Source: Eledone cirrhosa
Taxonomy: Eukaryota
Assembly (NCBI GenBank): GCA_964016885.1
Contig: OZ024742.1
Location: 81,654,001-81,718,000 of the forward strand
DNA: 64,000 nucleotides
Reading direction: 5' to 3'
Part shown: positions 1 to 13,639 of the stretch, piece by piece
Numbering within the stretch: position 1 is the stretch's first letter
How the letters are laid out: each line of letters starts with the position of its first letter
The notes under the pieces: model-generated
Databases searched by the model: none
What the model saw: only the letters and a program-made list of their open reading frames with translations
What the model was told of the DNA's origin: nothing
Position numbers and translations under genes: made by a program

Positions 1-17
1 GCCAGTATATATAGTAA

Positions 18-142
18 AGCGGTGGATTGGCAGTATCTGTAGAGGGTCGGACGCCATGCTTTCCAGCATAGTTACGTCCCTTTACGGTCTGAGTTCAAAT
101 CCCGCTGAGGTTAACTTTGCCTTTCATCCTTACGGGGTCGAG
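18..142 (+). mobile_element. tRNA-derived SINE (family 1), 3'-truncated
   Basis: A-box-like GGTGGATTGGCAG, B-box-like GAGTTCAAATCCC, then GTTAACTTTGCCTTTCATCCTTACGGGGTCG; same sequence recurs at 19612, 19965, 28192, 41593, 43323. Confidence 0.8.
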
Positions 143-1229
143 GAACGATCGATATGGTGATCATACTTGACTCTGAAATCAACACGGTCGTCAGATTTGT
201 CTCGATTCTACGAACCTGATTTTTCTATAGTCCTTTAACAACTAATTTATAACGATGAAATGAAAATATGTGTTGGGTAATTCGCAAAACAACATTGGTA
301 TAATCACAACATTAATAAGGATACTAACACTAAAACCATACATGAATATCTGCAAGCGATGAACTTAATAATCGAATGGCTTTCGCTAGAATTAACTGCA
401 ACATTAAAAAGTTTAATATAGAGTGTTTTATGTCACCAATGTCACAGCGGTAGATTAGAGTAGGTGCACAATTAGCAGGTAAATAGTGTGATTACGATTG
501 TAAAAGAGAAAAATATTTGGAAGAACATTTTCCAACCGTACATACAGTGGTAAAACTGGTTGCAGCTCCAAATGTAGCCGGCAAATCAAGCAAATGATTC
601 GATGTCAAATTTATCACTCTGGAGATGGTACTTGAAGATTTCTCCTACTTGTTACAAATCGAATATAATGCAGTGGTCCCTACTAACACTACCCAATGAT
701 ACAGTTGCAATGACGTGGACAAATTAGATTTTTGTGTCATAGGCATGGCGTGAAAAATTGAAAACAAAGAAAAACAAATCTAGGGCAAGATAATAAAAAC
801 ACCAGCCAAAATATCACGACACTTTCAAATACACAGTCATAGAAATCAGTGTAATCTATGAATTATATGCCAGTTGTATGATATTAACTCACCCAATAGG
901 TGTGCAAGATCACTTTGGGATATTTTAAACGGAACACCTGGAAAATAAATTCTCATTACTTAAAAACGAAATATAAAGGGAAACAAACAATTCCTCTACC
1001 CGATGATTCTGGTTTTTTCAACCGAGTAACCCAGCGGAGAGGCGTTTACGGAACTTTCCAGTGATCTCCAAGTAGAATATAATGCGCTGGTGGACAAACA
1101 TGGTAGAAGATCAGACGAGGTCTGTCTCATTTTACATTTTGCGGAATTTATTTGGTTTTAATTGTCGTTTTAATTGGCGGATGTTGCACACCAGCTTGAA
1201 GGTGATATTATTATTATTATTATTATTTG

Positions 1230-4200
1230 CATTTATCTTCCTTTATGTTTATACGAGTTATCACCAAGTCACAACCAGTGACCTCAAGAGACAACAAGGT
1301 CCGCCATGTTCAAGAAAGAACATACATATTCACACATGCATCCTTAGTGTTTAGACTTGTGATGTACTTATATTGACAGGATCTTCCTTAGTATATGGGC
1401 AGTTCCCATTAGTACTATCTTTTGTATTTCTCCTATACGCGGGTTTCCTGGGATTTGCGATAAGTAGTCGTTAGACCCCTTAGGTATCATTCCCAGAGCG
1501 CCTACAACCACTGGTATTGTTTTAGTTCTCAATTTCCACATTTTTCCAATTTCTATCTCCAGGTCCTTATACCTGCTCAATTTTTCAAATGTTTTTATAG
1601 ATACATTCTTGTCTATTGGAACAGACATATCAATTAGCAGGCATACCCTCCTTTGAAAGTCCTTCAATATTTTATCAGGTCTATTTGCATCTATTTTTCG
1701 GTCTGTTTGGATGCTAAAGTTCCACAAGATTGAGATGTGATCTTTTTCAAGTATGGGAGGTGGTTGATGCTCCCACCAATTCTTTTGATGGGGCAGGTCA
1801 AAATGCTTACACATTATCCAATGTATGTATTGTGCAGCTCTGTCATGCCTGTTTAGGTATTCGGTTGGAGCTATAGGACTGCACATTGAAATTATATGGT
1901 CAATGGTCTCTGGTTGTTTTTTGAATACACGGCATAATGAGCTGCACCCCTTTTTTATTATGTTGGCTTGGTAATTTTTTGTTGGCAGACACTGATCTTT
2001 TGCCGATATAATCAGTCCTTCAGTCTCCGATTTCAGTCCAGAGGATGCCAACCACTGATGGGTTAAAGTTTTGTCAACATCAGGATTGTTAGCTCGCTCT
2101 GGGTATTTTCCATACAGAGGCTTTTCTTGCCATTTCTTAGCCAGTTTCTGTAGCAGTTCTTTCTTTGCAGTTACTTTTACCTGCTTTGCTTTTTCTGTGT
2201 TTTCCATTCCAGCAGTAAATGGGACTTCTGACATTTGTAGTCCATTACTGTATCTTTGTGCATCTTTTGTAATGGAATATGATTTTTGATGCTTTCGTGT
2301 TTCTAAACGAGTTTGATCATCCAATCATGTGATTCCCTTAGATATGTAGATAATCCAATTGTTGCAGTTTTCAACGTAATGTCTAACTGGATTAACCCAC
2401 GTCCTCCTACTTTCCTAGGGAGATATATTCTATATATATCTGCCTTAGGGTGATGCATTCTGTGCATGGTTAAGAATTTTCGAATTTTTGTATCGAGCCT
2501 ACGGATCTCTGTGCTTGACCAGTTGATGACATTGTAACTATAGGTTACTACTGGTATGGCAAGCGTGTTTATGGCATCGATCCTTTTCCTTGCATTCAAT
2601 TCCGTTCTTAAGATTGCTCTTACTCTGCGGTAACATTCCTTCCTTATCCTTTCCCTCATTGTCGAGTGCTTGATTCCGTCTCCTTCACAAACACCTAGAT
2701 ATTTGTAAGTTTTTTCTCGATCAAGTTCTCTTATCACGTTCCCCCGATCAAGATTAATGTCTGAACTCTTCAGCAGAATTCTTGCACTTCCTCCTTGGGT
2801 GGTATTGATTTAGCAGTTATTGTTGACTTACCAATTTTTCTGTAGAAGTTTCTTTGGTTGTTTTTGAACATATTATTGTCCTTATAGAATCTAGATCGTT
2901 TTTGAAAGCGCCTTATACGAGCAGCTTTGGCCGACACTTTTTGCTTCATTATTTCTATCAGCATGTATATGTCACATGTTGATTTTATACTGTACTTTTT
3001 TTTCAATTTTCTAAGTTTAGTTTGTTTAACATGTTCACCTATTTTATAGTTTGTTAAAATGTCTATGTCAGATCGGAGAAGGTTTATTTGGCGATTGATG
3101 TTCTCTTAGCAAGTAGATTTCTTGTGGGAATTCCTTTGTTTTTTCATCTTCACTCCACATAAGTGAGTGATGACATTAGCCGATGCATAATAGAGATGAT
3201 TTAAATCAGTAATGTTTATTTTGTTTGTGATGATAATATCTTTGAGAATTATGTTAGTCTTGTGTATTATCTTTTGGTTCTGTTTGGAGTTCTGGATCTT
3301 AGGGAGGGTGTCTCGTTCCCCCATGTCAGATTCTTTCATTTTCATCCATTCGATCATAATTTCATCCTTCAAGTTGGCAAGTTCATTCTCATTCATTTCT
3401 TTATCATTTACGATCTCATTATTTTCATTTGGAGTTTCATCCTGAGCATGCACTCCCTCCACTTTTTCGCTCCTTTCTTTAATTTGTTCTGTTGCCAGTG
3501 ATTCCGCCCCAACTCTGGGATTCGAAGTGTTACAGTTTACCTCGTTTTCACTGACACATGCTTCATTTTCCCTTCGCTGACTTAGTGCTACTAGCTTGAT
3601 CTGATCAATTTCTATATCAGTTAGTAACTTTTTTCTTACAATATTTCTTCGTATATTGGCTAGTTTGTTACTGTCAATATAGCCTCTGTTTTCGGGATGT
3701 TTCTTTTTCCAGTTGATATATGTTTGCTCTGTATTCGATGTATTTGATGGGTAGTACATGGCAGTGTAGAAAGCCTCAAGGACTTCTTTATTATCTTCCC
3801 TTGACCATTTTTCTCTCTTTTTCTTTGGATTTCTTGGTGGTGAGCATGGAGGGCCAACAGTAGGAGTATTCCGGTTATGGGAGGTCTCCAGCTCCGAAGT
3901 GATGGGAAGGTTTGAACCATTAGCTGATTTTTCGACCCCAGTCTGGTTCCTCTCTGAGGGACGCGGCCCTTTTTTACCCGGGTGACGGCCGATCCGGTAT
4001 GAGATTTCATCATTAGACATCTACTTTATTTTGTCGCGTTTTATCCTTATCCGCCAAGGGGTAATCTTTTCGTGTTACCACTTCTAGAACGAGTGTCAAC
4101 CAAGACTAGAGGGGTCATTCTCCCCTAGAGACATGGCTATTCCCCGCCGGCCGCCATCCCGGTATTTCTTGGTCACGGGGTTTTCTTTTTGTTGTTTTTT
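1230..4200 (-). mobile_element. Non-LTR retrotransposon, R4/Dong-like clade (REL endonuclease), RT core deleted, frameshifted
   Basis: ORF 1368-2324 has a CCHC-like CRV..ETIDHIISMC, RHD and NRPD REL motifs; 2303-2737 is the RT thumb (YKYLG..AINTLAIPV..GGRGL); 3106-4020 is the N-terminal region (KWSREDN); 3' end abuts (TAA)n at 1207-1228. Confidence 0.85.
1368..2737 (-). pseudogene. C-terminal RT-thumb, zinc-knuckle and REL endonuclease coding region of the Dong/R4-like element
   Basis: Two overlapping ORFs (2303-2737, 1368-2324) separated by a frameshift; motifs as above. Confidence 0.85.
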
Positions 4201-5121
4201 TTAAATTGTTATTATCATGAGTGGTTCCTTAATGTGAGCATTGCGTGGCTTAAGAATGAAATTGTTAATAATTGTCTCCACTCCAGGGACAAGGCCAGCA
4301 ATCACCCAGTGCATTACAATAATATAATATACTTTTTGTTGTAGTTGGCTGTTATTGCTGCTGGCTATGTCGGTGGTGGTGCCGGGGCTTTTTATATTGT
4401 TGGTGAGGAAGGGGTGAGCCAGCAGTCCCATAATTGTTGATGTAGACGTTTGTCCGTGGCAAGGTCACCAAGTCAATCTATTTATATCTTTTGCTAGCCT
4501 CTCTCTTGTCTAGTGCTACCACCACCTTCCCTTTTCTCTCTCAAGTTAACAGGGGAATAGTGTCAGTAGCATTGAATGAGTGGTGGCGGCGAAGATGGAT
4601 GTGGTGGAGTGGTGGCAGCGGTGGTGTTGTGGTTACTGATATAGTATCTATGAGTTTGTGTTCGTATGTTTAATATATATTTTCATTATATTTTGTGTTG
4701 ACATATTCCCGTACAATTTGAATTAAACATTTTTTAAAATTTGAGACAATAATAATAGTAATTATTATTATGATGCCGGTGAAGTTGCCGTTATATTTAG
4801 TGTGATGGGATAGGTAGTGTATCAAGTTTCTGGTGTTGGTGAAATTGAAATTTTCGCTGTTCTATATAGTGTAGACAGGGTGTTTTGTTCCATTTATAAC
4901 CATTTTCTTTTTTTGAATACAAAATATATAATACAAAATTGAATATTTGAGCGATACAACAATATAATATGGATCCGAAACTTTGTGGGACCTCATTCGG
5001 TGCCTTTATGCAACATTTGTGCTAAGAATTGTTCTTTCACAATTGATTTAAATATGTTAAAAATCAAAAAACTTACGGGAGCAATTTCGTGACGTTCTAC
5101 CACCTCGTGCGTCTTCTTCCC

Positions 5122-5192
<71 letters not shown>
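5122..5192. repeat. (TTA)n microsatellite
   Basis: Direct reading. Confidence 0.95.
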
Positions 5193-5193
<1 letters not shown>

Positions 5194-5471
5194 TGTACAT
5201 TCCTTACACTAAACTAAAACTATGTTGACAATATTTTAATAATGTCTTCCTTGTGAAATGCGTGGTCTTGTTTGGCTTAACTAATGATTATTTCCAGCTC
5301 TGTGCACATAACCTCTGCATGAACCCAGCAACCAAGCTGCCTTTCACTGCATATTGCACATTGAGCACATGGCCTTACGCTTTGGCTTCTAACTAATTCA
5401 CCAATCTCTCTTCTGCTCTCCTATCTCCTCTCCTATCTGCATCTTTCTCTTTAAGATTGGTTACTCTTGAA

Positions 5472-5473
<2 letters not shown>

Positions 5474-5551
<78 letters not shown>

Positions 5552-5580
5552 CTGTGTTTGTGTCTCTGTGTCTGTGTATG
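5474..5580. repeat. (TA)n-(TG)n compound microsatellite
   Basis: Direct reading. Confidence 0.95.
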
Positions 5581-5581
5581 T

Positions 5582-5717
5582 ATTAAAATAACAGATTAAG
5601 TTTTAAAAACTTTAAACTGTTATTTCAATAATATTTGCTCTAGGGTTCTATATAATTGATATATATTTGTCGTTATCGAGCCCTCTTTGGATTTTAGTCT
5701 TCACATTTATTATTATT
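5582..5717. mobile_element. Mini fold-back remnant of PLE family I terminus
   Basis: ttaaaataacagattaagtttt / aaaactttaaactgttatttcaa hairpin plus a tail matching the reverse complement of 63819-63912. Confidence 0.75.
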
Positions 5718-5767
5718 GGCAACATGAACCTCCTAAAGTATAACAATATATATATATATATATATAT

Positions 5768-6460
<693 letters not shown>

Positions 6461-6919
6461 AGAAAATTGAGGTTGGTAATGGCACATGGAATATATAAGA
6501 GACAGAATACTTTTTTGTGAAAGAACATATACTTTTATATGGTAAGGAAAGAATAAAGGGTATAAAAAATGACCGGTTTCGATGGGTCTGCAAAAGCCAT
6601 CTTTTCAAATGTTGATTAATTTTAAGAAAAATTAATAAGAAGAGTTAACATTTTAGATTTCAAAATTCAAGTATAAAATTCAGTGTGAGATTTTGTAGTC
6701 ATTTTCATCTTGGTAGCAGCAAGTTGACTGCTGTGTGTCCTTTTCTGGTAGTGAATGAGGAATTATTTGCGGGGAGTGTTTTTTTTTAGGTCAGATTTAG
6801 CAATGGCCAGATGGCCAGCTGCTAGTCAGTGAGGGGGTGGAAGCAATATACATACATATATCTGAATGTGGTCGGTAGGAGAGGGAAGAATGATAGAAAG
6901 GGATTTAGTGCACTTACAC

Positions 6920-6979
6920 CTATATATACACATACCCTCATCCACGCACACATACATATACATATACATACATATATAG

Positions 6980-7028
<49 letters not shown>

Positions 7029-7182
7029 TACACACCCACATACATATACATACACACATACACACACACACACATATACACATACACACACATATATATA
7101 TACATACACATACATCCATATACACACATACATACACACACACACACACACATACATACATATATATATATGTACATACTAC

Positions 7183-7213
<31 letters not shown>

Positions 7214-7485
7214 CACACACATGCATACACACACACATATATACATACACACATACAAACACACACACACACACATATATACACATTCACACACATATAT
7301 ATACACACACACACATATATACATACACATACATCCTGATACACACATACATACACACACACACATACATACACATACATACATCCACATGCACACACAT
7401 ACACACACGCACACATACAGATACATACACCCACACACATATTGAAATGGCCTCCAAATATATATATATACATACCTACACATAT
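6920..7485. repeat. Degenerate (CA)/(TA) microsatellite field
   Basis: Direct reading; explains the YI/HT/VC ORFs. Confidence 0.95.
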
Positions 7486-7600
7486 ATTTTTTCCATAATA
7501 TAAGAAGTTAGAACAGTGAAATTAAAATACAAGTCATTCTGATCACATTAAGTTATTCTTGTAGATTGGGCCCCGCAACCGACAGTGGTGAATTCTGTGT

Positions 7601-7637
<37 letters not shown>

Positions 7638-7759
7638 TATATGTGTGTGTACGTGCAGGGTTTAACATGGATGTGTTGGTCACACAAAGGCATGTTCTGT
7701 CAACGAATAAACCTGATTCTACAGAATTGGTCTCTGGTCTTTAATAGTAGTGATAATTA

Positions 7760-9496
7760 TATGTTCAAATTTAATGGAAAAACATATGCCCAATAGGAGG
7801 GGGGAGCCATTGGTGTTAGCATTGCAGGTGACGTAGCTAACCTATTCATGGGATGGTGGGACAATAAACTTAAACTTAAACGTAAAGAGCAATTAGAAGA
7901 CAGCAAGCTCTTAACCCTGACAATGTACTCCCCCTACGTTAATGATGTAAACATCGTAGTAAAAACACCCCCACTAGAGAACAATCAGGAATTCGAGAAA
8001 AACACCATGGAAAGCATCCAGCAAATAGCTAACTCCATCCACCAGAATATTAGAGTTACTATAGACTACCCAAGCAAAGACCCCAACTATCGATTACCTA
8101 TACTAGACACAGAGCTTTGGTTAGAAACCATTAATAACAAAAACACATCCTCCATTCCCATTGTGCCAAACCAATGACTTCCAAATATCTGATCCAGCGA
8201 AACTCAGCTGTTTAGGATCACACCAAAATCAACATACTGATTGTGGATTTGGTACGGGTGATGAGAAACGTGTCCCGCATGTGCAACCCCAAAGAACTAG
8301 AGAGACACATACAATACTTCATCCACCATATGCAGTTCTCTGGTGGTTACAATCAGAGAAATAAAATCAGAGTATATAGAGGAGCCAGAACGAAATAGGA
8401 AAAATTGGTAAATAATGATACAAATGGGACCTGCCCTTTGTATAGGACCAAATTTCGGAATAGAATAGAAAGAACTAGGAATAAGGTTAATAGAATAAAC
8501 TCATGGTATGATAACAATAAATACCAGAGTGTAATGTTCATCAATACAACCCCTATAGGTGAATTAGCTTACACATTTAGAAGGGACCTTCATAAACATA
8601 AACTTAATATTAAGATAGTAGAAACACCAGGTACCTCCATAAAAACACTTATGAGCAATCCATACCCTTTTCAAAGACCTCCCTGTATAGATAAGAAATG
8701 CATAATCTGTAAACTAAGCCCCCATATTAACTATTAACTGTAAAACTAGAAATGTAGTATATAGCATAACATGTACTGAAGGACAATGTAAAGATAAGAA
8801 TATACTGTACATATGCAAACGTAGTATAGGAAAACGCTTAAATGAACACGGGCGAGAACTTCAAGATAAAAAAGAATCATCAATGCTCCACAAACATGCT
8901 AAAATAGAACATAAGGGGAAATTAGAGAACATAGAAATAAAAATAGAATCTAAATACGCAATGTTTAGACAAATCACAGAGGCAATAAACATAAATGATC
9001 TCCAACCAAAATTAAATAGAATACATGAATGGAATAGAATCATCAGAACTTACAATTTAGGACAAAATGAAAGCACAGACACACACAGAACAAACAACCA
9101 ACCAGTATCATGTAAATAAACAAATAAATAAACAAATATTAACTCACACAGACACCCAGATGTAACACATGCGCAAACTAAGCAAGCAACACACACAAAA
9201 ACAAGATGACGTAGGAAAGAACAAAGGAGAGGCAAAAAACAAAGAAAAGAAACACCAGTCATTGAAGTGGTCACATAATGTGTGACGAAAGAACTTTGAC
9301 AATATATGAGCAACCGTCCGGTTATGGAACCAACCAACCAACCGGAAAGTTATAAATTTAATTCATAATAAATTGGAGTGAAAGCGAGTGGTGCGTGTGT
9401 TTCTTAATGGCAACATGACCCTCCCAAAGTATAACAATATCTGTTTCAACAAACATTTTCAGATAAAGAATCTTGCTAAACAAATTCAGAAACGCA

Positions 9497-9498
<2 letters not shown>
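7760..9498 (+). mobile_element. Older 5'-truncated PLE family A copy (RT C-terminus, GIY-YIG, 3' pLTR), with stops and frameshifts
   Basis: Collinear with 58825-60696; ORF pieces 7848-8177, 8405-8737, 8883-9119; ends at the long terminus CAGAAACGCAAT|(AT)n; decayed HHR at 9257-9300 (TTGAAGT core). Confidence 0.9.
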
Positions 9499-9538
<40 letters not shown>

Positions 9539-9541
<3 letters not shown>

Positions 9542-10471
9542 ATTAATACATCTACCAACATATGCGTACAGATGTACACTAATACTAGTAAATATATAAG
9601 TTATGTCAAAGTACCTAGGTGGTTCAATGCATGGGGATGCAGAAAAATTATATGAAAGACGTAAAATAAGAACATTTTAAAAATTAAAAATTAACTTACT
9701 TACTAAAATGTTCACTCCAACTAATTAGTTTCTGTAATGGGATAAATATAGTTACACAATGTAACTATCGAGAATTCATTACGTCATCAGGGAGTCTATT
9801 CTCAGCTAATTTCCCAGGCAATGCGCGGACACTAGGAACTCATATAAAAATAATAATTCAGTGGATGTAATAAGCTAGGTGGGACTAAATTCCATAGCAC
9901 TGAAAAATTTCACTGCCTCTGGTCAGTGGTGTATTCTAAAGAATCAATCACGTGACACTGAGGTTAGTCAGTTAGGAGTGGGGTGGTATTATGACAAAGC
10001 CTACTACTACTACTATGAATTAGCAGTAGATTTGGCAAGTTTGCTCAACAAATAATTTGGAGATAAATATATAGAATTAATACATCTACCAACATATGCA
10101 TACAGATGTATACTAATACTAGTAAATATATAAGTTATGTGAAAGTACCTAGATGGTTCAATGCAGGGGGATGCAGAACAATTATATGAAAGACGTAAAA
10201 TAAGAAAAGAGGCAGTGAACTTTTTCAGTGCTATGGAATTTAGTCCCCGCTAGCTTATTACATCCACTGAATTATTATTTTTATATGCGTTCCTAATGTC
10301 CGCGCATTGCCTGGGAACTTAGCTGAGAATAGACCTCCTGATGACATAATGAATTCTCGATAGTTACATTGTGTAACTAAATTTATCCCATTACAGAAAC
10401 TAATTAGTTGGAGTGAACATTTTAGTAAGCAAGTTAATTTTTAATTTTTAAAATTTTCTTATTTTGCGTCT

Positions 10472-10474
<3 letters not shown>
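9539..10474. mobile_element. Asymmetric fold-back PLE-type element, family J
   Basis: Inverted arms about 9651-9920 / 10208-10474; about 110-nt tail at 9539-9650, repeated directly at about 10072-10207; HHR in both arms; flanked by TA/GA tracts. Confidence 0.75.
10333..10414 (+). ncRNA. Type-I hammerhead motif, family J (better-paired mirror copy at 9714-9795 minus)
   Basis: ACTCC-CTGATGA-C-GTAATG...CATTAC-A-GAAA-CTAATTAG-TT-GGAGT (minus copy); palindromic stem III ACTAATTAGT. Confidence 0.7.
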
Positions 10475-10524
<50 letters not shown>

Positions 10525-11211
10525 AAATATATACCGGCATAATTCGATCCAGCAATCTCGGATTTCAAGCAGAATGATGAGGCTTTTAATGTACTAGCGC
10601 CACACTAATTCACTGTTATTAGCTGTCAACCGATCCTTAAATCAACATCATAAATTTCCCAACATTTCTTCCACCCTCTCTCTATAACCGCATCACCTCC
10701 ATTAAGATAAAACAATCAGTCTGCCAGAACCTAATCACCCATATATCATACCTCCCCCTTTCACTTTATATTCTCTGTCTATCTATCCGCGTCCTTTGTC
10801 CTATCCCTTAGGGCTCATCCTCGAATCCTGATACTCACTCTCTATCTCATGTCACTTATATCTTTCTCTCTTACGTGTTATTTTTAATTTTAATTTTTTT
10901 ATATTTTATTTTTCTCCTCTGAGATGTTATTGTACCTCTTGCATATAATGTACTACATATAATGTATTTCGTATTTCTTTTCATGTTATTGTTATCTTTA
11001 CCATCATACTATTTTACACTTACTCACCATTATGACTTCAACTACCACCACCACTACTACTATTATCAACAACCGTATTTTGTACTTATTCTTTTTTTAC
11101 TTATTTTTTTCCTCTTTATCATTTTCATTTTTACTTATTTATTATTTTCTTTTATTATTGATGTTATTGTTTTCATTCACATAATTCTCCAATGTCACGG
11201 GTTACACCCTC

Positions 11212-11326
11212 CAGTATTCCGATGATTTGATCAGAGACACTCACTGTATTTAAGGTCGATTGACACAACACCGAGTGACTAGCGACATTTCGACACACCT
11301 GATCAATGAAACAATTGTTAACACTG
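11212..11326 (+). ncRNA. Degenerate hammerhead motif with long stem II, family F (end of a probable PLE 3' region, about 10535-11378)
   Basis: CAGTATT-CCGATGA-T-TTGATCAG...CTGATCAA-T-GAAA-CAATTG-TT-AACACTG; preceded by pyrimidine-rich UTR-like DNA and followed about 50 nt later by (TA)n. Confidence 0.6.
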
Positions 11327-11373
11327 TAAATAAAACACTTTCTGTACAGCCGAACATATTATTCTTCAGTCTT

Positions 11374-11407
<34 letters not shown>

Positions 11408-11410
<3 letters not shown>

Positions 11411-11562
11411 CCTTTCTGAAATTGTTTTGCAAGATTCTTTATCTGAAAACGGGTGTTGAAACCGATATTGTTATGCTTTGGGAGGGTCAAGTTGCCAATA
11501 AGAAACACATGCACCTGTAGCTTTCACTTCAATTTATTATAATTTAAATTTATAAATTTAAT
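11408..11562 (-). mobile_element. PLE family A terminal fragment ending at the long terminus
   Basis: Reverse complement of about 60545-60696; abuts (TA)n. Confidence 0.85.
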
Positions 11563-11564
11563 TT

Positions 11565-11860
11565 AGTACTCTGGTGCGTTATGGTCCATCTGGTTCTTAA
11601 AGAACCAGATGGACCATAACGCACCAGAATACTCAATACTTAGTGTAATAGAGTGGGTAATAGAACAATGTATGACCCCGACGGCAGAGCTCAAGCCGTT
11701 TCGTCAGCTATTTCTGGACGGAAATTTCAGTCCAAAAATGGCCGTCGGAGCGGCTTGAGCTCTGCCGTCAGGGTCATATATGTTCCTATTACCCACTCTA
11801 CTACCCTAAGTATTGAGTACTCTGGCGCTTTATGGTCCATCTGGTTCTATTCCCTCATTA
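11565..11860. mobile_element. Double fold-back mini-element, family K
   Basis: Hairpin 11565-11633 overlapping a larger inverted repeat 11601-11724 / 11725-11848; carries HHR 3' half GAAA-CGGC-TTGAGCTCT-GCCG-TC-(G/A)GGGT; homologous to 31597-31773. Confidence 0.7.
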
Positions 11861-11913
11861 TATATATATATATATATATAGCTCTGCCTATATATATATA
11901 TATTTATATATAC

Positions 11914-12000
<87 letters not shown>

Positions 12001-12035
12001 AGAGAGATGGACCGAGAGAGAGAGAGAAAGAGAGA
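11860..12035. repeat. (TA)n-(GA)n microsatellite
   Basis: Direct reading. Confidence 0.95.
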
Positions 12036-12469
12036 CTGAACTATTACAATTGCACGATATGATTTTTTATATACATACATTTAAATTACTTTTTACTAAA
12101 TATTTTGATTCGTAAACAATTAATTATGATTAAGTCCAAAATAGGAGAATTTACTAAATAATCAAAGTTATCTAATTTTTGTACAGTTGTTTCTGATATG
12201 GGTGTAATTCCATAAATCAATGTTCAATGTAACATTTGAGCTGTTGTAGGGTATAGTTATGATGTCTCCTTACGTATGGTGTACGCATATTTTCCATGAC
12301 GAAATGTATTATTTATAAATTTATATAAATTTTGGAAATGTACAACAAACAGCTTTAAACTCTTTCACTTTTATATACACATTTATACACTAGCTCTGAA
12401 AAATATGTCCAAAATCCGATGTCACTCTCCCTGACTCTCCCCCTCCCACCATCTCTCACTATTGTGAGT

Positions 12470-12810
12470 AAATGGTGGCTCACCCGCTCTCCGTTCAATG
12501 GTGCCTGCGGGCAGAATAGAGAAACCGTTTCCAAGGAGGATGGTGTGGGCGACGTATTGGCAAAGCCTTTCCAGCTCTCAAGGCTAACACCCACGTGTAG
12601 CCGACGCCGTGTGGATGGTAGTGAGCAGAGAGCTGGTCCTAGGGCAAGGACACTAGAAGAAGCTACTGCAAACCTGTCGGAGAGCGACCGCTACTAGGAG
12701 AGGTTCTCCTCCACGGACTGAAGTGCAGCAGGGCCTGGGATAGTCGCATACCTCACCAGCTTGCGGCTGGATAATGTGTCACTGCCTGTGGCATACCGGG
12801 CGGGGTGTTT
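12470..12810. mobile_element. GC-rich fragment, possibly decayed L1/Tx1 ORF2
   Basis: GC-rich island; CGQNRETVS resembles the L1 C-terminal CCHC region; weak. Confidence 0.25.
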
Positions 12811-13591
12811 ATATTCCGCGAATTTATGTTTTGTTCGTAAAAACACATTTTATGTCTGTTTGAGTATATGTGAAAATATATCGGATCGCACACGCAGATT
12901 CAGTGAATTAAAATACAACTTATTCTTGCCATACTCTTAACTATGAAACGTACTTACATTCAAACTTAAAAAAAAAATCCCTATATCGAACAACGATTCC
13001 ATCTGGTTCTAAACTATTATTGGACAATCCCTTCTCTAAGATGATTGGAAACGTTTGTAAAGTTGAAATAATATTTACAAATATTTACAAAGATATATGT
13101 ATATTTGTATATTTTAGTTAAAGGTTTTAATAAATCATACAAATACGCAATAGTATATGCAACACCATTCTCACTGTTATTTCACAACACCAAACATATA
13201 TTGATTTGTGTTGTTTGGCTGGCAATGAAATCAATGTTTTATGGCTACCTCAGGCGTTGATATTTCAGAAATACACTTTTGTGTTTCTTAAGAATATTAT
13301 ATTTGCCACTGAAATCAAATAAGTCAGTACACAGATTAACTAATACAAAACTGTTGTAATATGTCTAAAATTGTTCTATATAGTTTGCTTTCGTAATGTA
13401 TGAAAGTGTTGTTGAATTTTAACAGTAGAATCTTAAGATACATTGATGAAAAATATCAACTCATGTACATTGAGGCTATAAAATAAACTATTTCTAGGAA
13501 ACATGTAATCCATTGAAAAATATTGACAGCAATGCTCGGAGCAGGTAATTTTATCTCTCATGTGTCCATGCAGGAACACATAAACGCTGTA

Positions 13592-13639
<48 letters not shown>

